A stretch of DNA of 31,032 nucleotides from a virus. Taxonomy: Duplodnaviria; Caudoviricetes. A model generated the notes under the pieces. It was not told the origin of the DNA, ran no database searches, and was given only the letters and a program-made list of their open reading frames with translations. The stretch's first letter is position 1, and each line of letters begins with the position of its first letter. The position numbers and the translations under genes were made by a program. The stretch lies in the IMG/VR virus record IMGVR_UViG_3300044723_002287, positions 1-31,032 of that record; one strand, 5' to 3'. This document shows, piece after piece, positions 1 through 6,511 of this stretch.

Positions 1-665
1 AGTTGGTCGTAGGTCGTTGCGCCTTCGATGCGGTTGCGGACCAGTTCAATGGGCTTGAGGTCAGACCGCGTAACCACCTTGTTAGGCTTCTTAGAATCGC
101 CGTCACTGGCTTTTTGTTCAAGGGGTGTCATAATATCCCCACCGACAAAAAGCTGTCTGAGGTCGATTGTGGACTCTTCTAGGGCACTAAATGCCGTTGC
201 GGTGTCATCGTCAGAGCTTTCCACCTTCTCCAGGGTGTACTTGGTCAGCATCCCATCGCCCTTGCGTTTGATCATGATGTCAAAATCCTGCGGGTTGCCG
301 TAGGTGTCGATCAGGTCTTCGATGCGTTCGCGGTTGCTGACCTGGTTGATCTGCCAGCACTGTACGGCTCCCAGCGTTCGGTTGTAGACCGCCAGAGCCC
401 AAAAGAACTTGATGTCTTCCGCACCAGCCCGCTGCAGAGACGCCTTGTCATTGATCCCCACACGCTGGGGGCGGCGTACCTCTTCGCCAAAGTTGTCCTG
501 CTGGTTGACCCAGCCTTCCCAGCCACGCACGGCTAGCTTCTTGTCCTTGAATGATCCCAGGATGCGGACCACGCACTTCTGATTGGCGCTTAGTTTCAGG
601 TACACGCCGATTTTTGAGGGGTCCACATAGTCGGCCTCAAGGCCCCAGTCTGTCAGATGGCTCAT
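1..665 (-). CDS. Putative phage single-stranded DNA-binding protein (runs off the left edge; not in ORF track)
   Basis: Hand translation from ATG at 665 (ATGA overlap with the upstream stop): MSHLTDWGLEADYVDPSKIGVYLKLSANQKCVVRILG...GWEGW...KFFWALAVYN...YGNPQDFDIMIKRKGDGMLTKYTL...IDLRQLFVGGD. Open to the window edge. The motif pattern resembles gp32-like phage SSBs. Confidence 0.7.
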   Translation of the reverse strand, partial: MSHLTDWGLEADYVDPSKIGVYLKLSANQKCVVRILGSFKDKKLAVRGWEGWVNQQDNFGEEVRRPQRVGINDKASLQRAGAEDIKFFWALAVYNRTLGAVQCWQINQVSNRERIEDLIDTYGNPQDFDIMIKRKGDGMLTKYTLEKVESSDDDTATAFSALEESTIDLRQLFVGGDIMTPLEQKASDGDSKKPNKVVTRSDLKPIELVRNRIEGATTYDQ

Positions 666-1150
666 GCGATCTCCTTGTATGAGCTATTTGGAAAAGCACT
701 GTGTCGCTCCATTGGCAATAGATCGGACTGCGGCACCCAGAAGCAGGGGCGGCCCGTGTTGTACTTGTCGCCCCAATACTTGTACTGTTTGCCGTCACGA
801 CCACTGATCCAGCCGCGCACAGTATAAACCCCCGCCTGTCCGGTCAGCAGGACAAACGGAGCGTGATTCAGGTCACCTGGCTGTAGTAGAAGATGCCCGT
901 CCGGGTTATGGGTATGGCGGACTTCCCAGCTCCCCACATCGCCCTTGCCCACGACGCCAATCTTGCCGTCCCAGTGAATGTCCATCAGCTTGGCAAAAGC
1001 GAACTCTGCTAGAGCACCTTCAATCTCTCTCTGCCATTTGTTTTCATAGCCACTGATTTCTTTGAAATGGCTAATGGCGTAGGCACAGCGCTGCATCCCC
1101 ACAAAGGCAGCCTGTTGGATTTCTGATTCGTTTAGTTTGGTGATAATCAT
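662..1150 (-). CDS. Conserved phage protein, possible PD-(D/E)XK nuclease-like fold
   Basis: 162 aa with a GALAEFAFAK...GDVGSWEVR pattern and VRGW...FWVPQSDL C-terminus; translationally coupled to the next gene. Confidence 0.5.
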   Translation of the reverse strand: MIITKLNESEIQQAAFVGMQRCAYAISHFKEISGYENKWQREIEGALAEFAFAKLMDIHWDGKIGVVGKGDVGSWEVRHTHNPDGHLLLQPGDLNHAPFVLLTGQAGVYTVRGWISGRDGKQYKYWGDKYNTGRPCFWVPQSDLLPMERHSAFPNSSYKEIA

Positions 1151-1167
1151 TCAGTCCATGAATGAGG

Positions 1168-1288
1168 AGCTACCGACACCGTAGGCCGAGTTGAGCAGAC
1201 CGTATTGGTTTGGCGTCACATGAACAGTGCGAAGTTTACTGGTTCGGAGCCCAGTTGGGAGGATCGCACCCCGCCTTGGCCGGTAGCT
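1168..1288 (-). ncRNA. Candidate structured intergenic RNA element
   Basis: Nested inverted repeats fill the intergenic gap: 1168-1177/1279-1288 (10 bp, one G-U on the minus strand), 1226-1232/1264-1270 and 1238-1242/1251-1255. Confidence 0.4.
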
Positions 1289-2128
1289 TTAAATTTCTGC
1301 GTCATACTGGTCGTAGCTCCAGAAGTTCTGCGGCACCGCGAGGTTGGCCTCATCCGCTTCCTGGGGCTGGTACTGGGTGATCTTCCCACCACGCTTCAGG
1401 TACGCCTTGATGGCGTCACTATAAGCAGTTTCACCGGGCATCTGGCGACTCAGCGTCACCCGCCGTTCCTGCGTTTCACGCAACTCCTGCCGCTTGCGTT
1501 CACCCTGCTCGGCCAGCAGCCTTTCGTGAGCCTTCTTGGAATTTGTGTAGCGATTACTACAGCGCCGTGAACAGTTGATTGCGCGGATGTTGTGGCTTTT
1601 AAACTGAACGCCACAGGTCGCACACTGCTTATCGTGAATCTGGCGGGCTACCCACTTGTTTTTGTTGCGGCACTTGACCGAACAGTAAATAAGCCCAAAA
1701 CGTGGTAGAGGCCCCTTGCAGGTCTTGCACTCTGTGGGGGACTTGGCCTTCAGGCGCAGGTAGACCTCATGCTTCTTGCTATTGATGCGGCACCGGGCGC
1801 TACAGAACAGGTGATTGTGATTGACCTGCTTAAAGAAAGCAGTGCAGAAGGGACACTGGAGATGCTTGGCCTGCCAGGCGTTGGCCGCCTTCTTGGCCCG
1901 CTTCCGTTCCCGCGCCTGCTCGTAGTAGCATTCGGTACAACAGTAGCGCTGGTTGTACTTCCGTCGGTCAAAGTAAGTCTGGCAATGCTCACAGCGGGTG
2001 GAGCCACGACGCACCTGACCACGGCGGCACAGTTCTAGGCGGTAGCACTCGCGGCTACAGAACTTAGAGTGATGTTTGTTCGGCACAAAATCCTGAGAGC
2101 ATATCTGACATGGTCTGGGTGGCTTCAA
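1289..2128 (-). CDS. Protein with five CxxC...CSxxC-type zinc-finger repeats
   Basis: Repeats CQIC..FCSREC, CEHC..YCCTEC, CPFC..FCSARC, CKTC..YCSVKC and CATC..NCSRRC. Start placed at TTG 2128 (TTGA overlap with the upstream stop) rather than 2245. Confidence 0.75.
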   Translation of the reverse strand: MKPPRPCQICSQDFVPNKHHSKFCSRECYRLELCRRGQVRRGSTRCEHCQTYFDRRKYNQRYCCTECYYEQARERKRAKKAANAWQAKHLQCPFCTAFFKQVNHNHLFCSARCRINSKKHEVYLRLKAKSPTECKTCKGPLPRFGLIYCSVKCRNKNKWVARQIHDKQCATCGVQFKSHNIRAINCSRRCSNRYTNSKKAHERLLAEQGERKRQELRETQERRVTLSRQMPGETAYSDAIKAYLKRGGKITQYQPQEADEANLAVPQNFWSYDQYDAEI

Positions 2129-2370
2129 TGACGCCCCATGCGCTGACAGAAACGGCAGACCTTGCTGCCAAATACCCAGAGGGGGGCTGTTGGCGTTTTG
2201 TAGTTGTCGCACCCAGGGCAATAGCGCAGTTTCGAATCGTGACATGTCACGCGAGTGTCCAGGTTTTTGCCGATAGGCTGCGTAACGGCTGGTCTGGCGG
2301 GTTCCAGCGCCAATCGTGACATGTCACGCTGTGCTAACCGCTCACTCAGGCGTTCACTCAGGCGCTTCAT
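2125..2370 (-). CDS. Small hypothetical protein with C-terminal CxxC...CxxC zinc ribbon
   Basis: 81 aa with CPGC...CRFC; ATGA-coupled to the upstream ORF; N-terminal RLSE-RLSE from a 12-bp tandem repeat. Confidence 0.55.
   Translation of the reverse strand: MKRLSERLSERLAQRDMSRLALEPARPAVTQPIGKNLDTRVTCHDSKLRYCPGCDNYKTPTAPLWVFGSKVCRFCQRMGRH
2235..2329. repeat. Two identical 18-bp copies containing the perfect 14-bp palindrome CGTGACATGTCACG
   Basis: aatcgtgacatgtcacgc at 2235-2252 and 2312-2329. Confidence 0.9.
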
Positions 2371-2699
2371 GTCAGCACCTCTGCCAGCTTCGCTACGTCC
2401 GTTTCGTAGTCCCAGTTCCAGTCATTGAACAGGTCTTCCTTGCGGTGGATGCGCTCACTCAGTGACATCTCTGACGGCAATACCGGCGTCATGTCCTTGT
2501 CTGGACAGTTCAGGGCGTGCTTGGCGCCAACTAGTTTCCCGCACTCGCATTCGTACAAGAAGCAGATGCGCTTGAGGGCATACCGTGCCTGGTTGTCCCA
2601 GTATTTGTTCTGCCGATCCAGCCTTGCAGTCTCATCCAAGAACGCCTGATGGCGGGCGGCTGCGCGTTGCCGTGACTCTTCAATTTCCTGCTCAGTCAT
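2367..2699 (-). CDS. Hypothetical phage protein
   Basis: 110 aa ORF with overlapping start/stop on both sides; CECG..H..C motif. Confidence 0.6.
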   Translation of the reverse strand: MTEQEIEESRQRAAARHQAFLDETARLDRQNKYWDNQARYALKRICFLYECECGKLVGAKHALNCPDKDMTPVLPSEMSLSERIHRKEDLFNDWNWDYETDVAKLAEVLT

Positions 2700-2857
2700 A
2701 CGGGCCTCCTGCGATTACGCCACCACCATTTGACCGTGAGCCACTTCAAGCGGACCCACCAGTAAAGGCGTCGTAGTTTGTAGGGTTTTACTGGGCGAAG
2801 TAGGCGGGACTTGCAGTCGTGGCTTTCCATGTCAAACAGGTATTCGACTCTAGTCAT
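2696..2857 (-). CDS. Small basic Trp/Arg-rich hypothetical protein
   Basis: ATG at 2857 preceded by GGAG; the stop overlaps the next start. Confidence 0.45.
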   Translation of the reverse strand: MTRVEYLFDMESHDCKSRLLRPVKPYKLRRLYWWVRLKWLTVKWWWRNRRRPV

Positions 2858-2880
2858 GGGGCAACTCCATGTATGGTTAG

Positions 2881-2975
2881 CATCCAATGGGTAGCAGCTT
2901 TGACCGTTGCACGTTCCTAATGCTCAACTGTCCACACCATCAATGGTGATTAAAGTTACTGCTACCCAGTCGATG
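2881..2975 (-). promoter_or_regulatory. Candidate structured RNA element in the early operon
   Basis: Perfect 10-bp inverted repeat tgggtagcag (2888-2897)/ctgctaccca (2959-2968), extended past a bulge, with an inner hairpin cacca-tcaa-tggtg (2935-2948). Confidence 0.4.
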
Positions 2976-3025
2976 GCCGAATTCAGACAGGTGGGCGATG
3001 TCACGGCTTCGGCGGGCCGGTGAGG

Positions 3026-3226
3026 TCAGTCGTAACCTAGATTCTGCGCCTTCCGCACAGAGTCGAGAGCCGCTTCCAAGTCAGCTAACCGCTGTTTCTG
3101 CGCACGCTCCTTCAGGTCATGCGTCATCAGCGGTATATGGTTGGCCTTGGCTAGATGGTTTACGTCCATCCGTAGCCCATGAAGGAGTGCCTTGATCTCA
3201 GCTAATTCTGTCGATAGGTCGCTCAT
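3026..3226 (-). CDS. Hypothetical coiled-coil protein
   Basis: 66 aa; ATGA overlap with the Cro-like gene; AAGGA upstream. Confidence 0.6.
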   Translation of the reverse strand: MSDLSTELAEIKALLHGLRMDVNHLAKANHIPLMTHDLKERAQKQRLADLEAALDSVRKAQNLGYD

Positions 3227-3426
3227 GCGGATTCCTTCAAGAGCGCGGTCAGCAACTCTTCCTTGCGGTTATGTAAGGCTGTGTGCGCTAACTGTTTGAT
3301 CTCATCATTGCGTCGTTCATTCAGCAGTACCTGGCGCACATACGATTGCGTGAAGCCGCTGGCGTCAGCTAACTGCCTGAGCCGAACGCCATAAAACTGG
3401 CACTGTTTCAAAAGATTCATTGGCAA
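3223..3426 (-). CDS. Cro-like HTH transcriptional regulator
   Basis: 67 aa with LRQLADASGFTQSYVRQVL helix-turn-helix; divergent from the repressor. Confidence 0.75.
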   Translation of the reverse strand: MPMNLLKQCQFYGVRLRQLADASGFTQSYVRQVLLNERRNDEIKQLAHTALHNRKEELLTALLKESA

Positions 3427-3468
3427 AGGAGTTGCTTCCGTGTATAACTGTTTGCTTTATAAGCGAGT

Positions 3469-3516
3469 TCAGGTTGCATTGTTTTAGTACATGTTTAAAA
3501 ACAGTATGCAAACTGA
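3469..3516. promoter_or_regulatory. Lysis/lysogeny switch region, candidate operator (imperfect inverted repeat)
   Basis: AT-rich gap between divergent HTH genes: tcaggttgcat-tgtttta...taaaaaca-gt-atgcaaactga. Confidence 0.45.
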
Positions 3517-3556
3517 GAATTACTTTCAAGGACAATTTTTATCTGCGTGGCAATTT

Positions 3557-3970
3557 ATGGGGGAACATGCTGAAATCATTGAACGAATAAATTTTTATGT
3601 GCGGCAAAAAGGTGGGAACAAGTCAGCGTTAGCCCGTGACTGGGGTGTATCCCCTAGCCATTTAGGAGTAGTTTTGAAAGGGACAAGGCAGGTTTCTTCG
3701 ACTATGCTTAAAAACGCAGGCGATAACGGTTATAACACAAAATGGCTTTTGACAGGCCAGGGTGAGCCGTATTTGCCGACTGGTGTAGAGGGAGATGGGC
3801 AAGCCACAGACTACCGGGATGAGCTGATTGCCAGCAAAGATGAGGTGATAGCGCTGTTAAAAGAAAAGAACGCGCTACTGGAGTCACAGTTAAAAAAAGG
3901 GTTGGGGGTGGTAACGGAACGCACGAACGGCAAAGTGGTACCTTGGCCGACAAGTAAAGTTTACTTGTAG
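3557..3970 (+). CDS. CI-like XRE-family repressor
   Basis: NKSALARDWGVSPSHLGVVLKG HTH, NTKWLLTGQGEP motif typical of phage repressors and a C-terminal coiled coil. The ORF extends to 3491 but ATG 3557 seems the more likely start. Confidence 0.8.
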   Translation: MGEHAEIIERINFYVRQKGGNKSALARDWGVSPSHLGVVLKGTRQVSSTMLKNAGDNGYNTKWLLTGQGEPYLPTGVEGDGQATDYRDELIASKDEVIALLKEKNALLESQLKKGLGVVTERTNGKVVPWPTSKVYL

Positions 3971-3975
3971 TGTTA

Positions 3976-3995
3976 GACTGCTTTGGCAGTTTTTT
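3976..3995 (+). terminator. Intrinsic terminator after the repressor
   Basis: ACTGC-TTTG-GCAGT hairpin followed by a T run, directly after the stop at 3970. Confidence 0.55.
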
Positions 3996-4047
3996 ATTAA
4001 AACGTTACAAAGTTATTACCCCCCCCCCCACAAATGTTGCGTAAGCC

Positions 4048-5115
4048 GTGAACAAGAAGTTAATCAGCTTCAACCGGCAGCGAGGCATCCACATTGCGCA
4101 GCTCTACGTTGGTGGCAAGCGGATACGCAAGAAACTCGCTGATGCGGTAGAGTTTATTGGCATGAGCCCACAGGAGCGCTCTGTCATTCTATCTGACCGC
4201 CTGGAAGCACTACGCCTGGAGCTAGGGATTGAAAGCGAAGGTGGGATGGTCACGCTGAAGGCAGCCGTAGAGCGCTTTCTAGCGCACTGTGAAACCCGCA
4301 ACAGCCCTAGAACGGTCTACACCTATGGCGACAGTCTGAAGCGCTGGCAACAGGCCAATGGCAATCCTTGCCTGGAAGACTATCAGCGCAGTCAGCTTGA
4401 CCGCTACATTGCCCAAGAGCGGGCGCGTGGGCTGAATGACCGCACGATCAACCACCACATCCGCAACGTGAATCGCTTCTACAGTTGGGCTTTTGAGGAG
4501 GAGCTGATTACCAAGCCTGTCAAACTGAAGCAACTGCGGGCTGTCACCGTGGTACCGCAAACCTGGAGCCGTGAGCAGCTAGAACTGATGCGGCAGTACA
4601 TTGAACGGAAGCTGACAGAAACGGGCTCACGGCGCTTTCTGGTACTGCGTAAAGCGTTTTACTTGTTCCGCTACACAGGTATGCGGGCTAGCGAACTGAT
4701 CCACTTGAAGTGGGACCACATTCTGCCCCAGGGGATCTGGCTGGAAAGCACAGGCGATTGGCAAACGAAGGGTAGGCGTGATGCGATCCTGCCGGTGGCG
4801 AAACCGCTGCGGCAATTCCTGGACGCAGAAGGCCATGAAGGTGAGGTCTATGTCTGTGATGATGGGAGCGGTGGGAAGTTCTGGCGAGACTACAGCAGTG
4901 CAGGGCACAGCTTTCAAAAGATGCTGGATCAGCTAGGGTTGAAAGGGCCAAAGGTGCTGCACGGCTTTCGGGCTACCGTGGCGACAGAGTTACTAGCAGC
5001 GGGTGAGTCGCCGGTCCTGGTGCAGAAGCTACTCAGGCACCAGCAGTTGACTACCACGTTGGGCTATCTGAATGTGGGCGAGGTGGAGGTGCAGGAGCTG
5101 GTAAATAAACTGTAG
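4048..5115 (+). CDS. int: Tyrosine recombinase (phage integrase)
   Basis: Catalytic motifs YTGMRASEL (R), TKG (K), LHGFRAT (HxxR) and LLRH...TTLGY (H, Y); SAM-like core-binding domain; adjacent to the att core. Confidence 0.95.
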   Translation: MNKKLISFNRQRGIHIAQLYVGGKRIRKKLADAVEFIGMSPQERSVILSDRLEALRLELGIESEGGMVTLKAAVERFLAHCETRNSPRTVYTYGDSLKRWQQANGNPCLEDYQRSQLDRYIAQERARGLNDRTINHHIRNVNRFYSWAFEEELITKPVKLKQLRAVTVVPQTWSREQLELMRQYIERKLTETGSRRFLVLRKAFYLFRYTGMRASELIHLKWDHILPQGIWLESTGDWQTKGRRDAILPVAKPLRQFLDAEGHEGEVYVCDDGSGGKFWRDYSSAGHSFQKMLDQLGLKGPKVLHGFRATVATELLAAGESPVLVQKLLRHQQLTTTLGYLNVGEVEVQELVNKL

Positions 5116-5116
5116 C

Positions 5117-5317
5117 TGTTGTCAGTACATTGGCAACAAGTGTTGTTGTCAGTCTGGTGAGCCCAGACAATAAGCGGGCTAGTGGCTAGGCGATCATCTT
5201 ATTCATAATCGCAAGGTCGGGAGTTCAAGTCTCCCCTCTGCTACCAACAAATTCAGTGACTTACCGCTTCAATCAGCAGCCAAAACGTCACGATCCACAC
5301 TGGCAACATTGACAACA
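5117..5317. repeat. Candidate integrase arm-type sites TG(A/G)CAACA flanking the att core
   Basis: Five copies: reverse at 5117-5124 and 5144-5151, forward at 5131-5138, 5301-5308 and 5310-5317. Confidence 0.6.
5201..5246 (+). other. attP core: 3' half of a tRNA with CAT anticodon (Ile2 or Met)
   Basis: ATTCATAATCGCAAGGTCGGGAGTTCAAGTCTCCCCTCTGCTACCA gives anticodon loop, variable loop, T-arm (GGGAG-TTCAAGT-CTCCC), acceptor 3' strand and CCA. No matching 5' half is present. Confidence 0.85.
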
Positions 5318-5325
5318 AACAGGCA

Positions 5326-5484
5326 CTAAAAAAACCCAAAGCGTTTCTTGATCTCTTCGCCGGTTTCTTTGGCCTTACGAATGCGCTTGTAGGCAACAAC
5401 AGCCGGTATTGCCGCCCCCATCCCGGTGGCTGCCAGAATTAACTCTAGCCCGCCTGAATCTACAATCGCGTTAAATAGTTCCAT
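5326..5484 (-). CDS. Small membrane protein of the lysis cassette (52 aa; not in ORF track)
   Basis: MELFNAIVDSGGLELILAATGMGAAIPAVVAYKRIRKAKETGEEIKKRFGFF; TGATG coupling to the endolysin; hydrophobic segment followed by a basic tail. Confidence 0.65.
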   Translation of the reverse strand: MELFNAIVDSGGLELILAATGMGAAIPAVVAYKRIRKAKETGEEIKKRFGFF

Positions 5485-5894
5485 CAGTACGTCCAGATAG
5501 CAGGATTGGTGCGGTCATCCAAGTGGCAGAAGCGCTGGTCCCAGTCAGACTTTTGAGATAACCCAACACCTGAAAAATACTTGAGCGCCAATCGTAAAAA
5601 CTCAACGGCATCGGCACCCGCAATCAAAACATCTACAGCCCTGCCACGGGCGTGCATACCACCACGCGGTAGCGGGTTGCCGAGATGGTCATACTTTAGT
5701 GGCTTGGTGCGTTCACGTGGGTGATCTTCTGTCCTATAAGCGCTGCTGAGACGCATGGGGCGGCCCCACTCTTCTCGCAGCTCTTCCAGCTTTTCCATGA
5801 AAAAGGCGTCCATCAGCACAGGCGCATCAGGGGCAAAGCTGCATTTCAACTCATCGCGGCTGAAGTGCTTACTGCTTTCGACGGTGTCGCTCAT
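5484..5894 (-). CDS. Endolysin, peptidase M15A-type zinc peptidase
   Basis: HFSRDELKC, LEELRE..GRPMRLSSAYR, H..GRAVD and FCHLDDR motifs; AAGGAG upstream of ATG 5894. Confidence 0.88.
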   Translation of the reverse strand: MSDTVESSKHFSRDELKCSFAPDAPVLMDAFFMEKLEELREEWGRPMRLSSAYRTEDHPRERTKPLKYDHLGNPLPRGGMHARGRAVDVLIAGADAVEFLRLALKYFSGVGLSQKSDWDQRFCHLDDRTNPAIWTY

Positions 5895-6202
5895 AACGTA
5901 ATCTCTCCTTTGCCGCATTGGTTCGCATAAATTTCACCAGCTCGTTTGCGCTCCTCAGAAGTCAACTGGATCACCGCATCAAACGGGTAGTCTGTTCGAA
6001 ACTTGTCGATCACACAGCTACAACCTTGAACTGCCCAATTCATGGCAAAATGCCGTGGCATCCCCTGGGCTTCAAACTGTGGGGCCATGATCTGTGCGCA
6101 GCCCGTCACCCACTGCCAAATAAAACTGGTCTTGTAATCCAGCTCGGCAGGCTCTGCCGCATAAACGGTGGCGGGGAGTAGCAGGGCGAGTAGGGCTTTC
6201 AT
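5891..6202 (-). CDS. Secreted Cys-containing protein in the lysis cassette
   Basis: Signal-peptide-like N-terminus MKALLALLLPATVYA; C...CSC...C pattern. Confidence 0.6.
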   Translation of the reverse strand: MKALLALLLPATVYAAEPAELDYKTSFIWQWVTGCAQIMAPQFEAQGMPRHFAMNWAVQGCSCVIDKFRTDYPFDAVIQLTSEERKRAGEIYANQCGKGEITL

Positions 6203-6498
6203 TTTTTTTGATCCAGTACAATTTGCCGCAACAGCGTAGTTTGCTCGGTCAGCACTGATTTGAGGTCACCTAGAATCTTGTTGGAATCCGCCATGATTGA
6301 TCGCAACGCAGCATCGCTGTCAGAATCCTTCTGCATCCAGGCGAGACGCTCCTCCTTGTGCATCTCATCGGCCTTGGTGCGCTCATCGCGGTGAGATTTG
6401 GTAATCCACTGAATATAGTAAAAAGCCGCCAGAAGCGTCACTACGTTCACGCCTAGCGTGTTTACCATATCAATAAGGGTGTTTGCTTCTGCTGGCAT
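6199..6498 (-). CDS. Holin-like protein (one N-terminal TM segment plus coiled coil)
   Basis: LGVNVVTLLAAFYYIQWI hydrophobic segment then a charged helix; first gene of the lysis cassette. Confidence 0.6.
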   Translation of the reverse strand: MPAEANTLIDMVNTLGVNVVTLLAAFYYIQWITKSHRDERTKADEMHKEERLAWMQKDSDSDAALRSIMADSNKILGDLKSVLTEQTTLLRQIVLDQKK

Positions 6499-6511
6499 AT
6501 GCTCGGCCTTG

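Noticed and set aside
28-526. ORF-track calls 28..303 (+) and 311..526 (-)
   Set aside because: Both overlap the edge-truncated SSB-like gene (1-665, minus strand), which has the recognisable motifs.
2235-2370. Mini CRISPR array
   Set aside because: Only two 18-bp repeats with a 59-nt gap and no cas genes.
3890-3901. A7 slippery site near the repressor 3' end
   Set aside because: No convincing downstream structure or useful alternative frame was identified; Lys-Lys codons suffice.
5161-5246. Complete tRNA gene
   Set aside because: The upstream sequence cannot form the acceptor, D or anticodon 5' strands; only the 3' half is present, consistent with attP.
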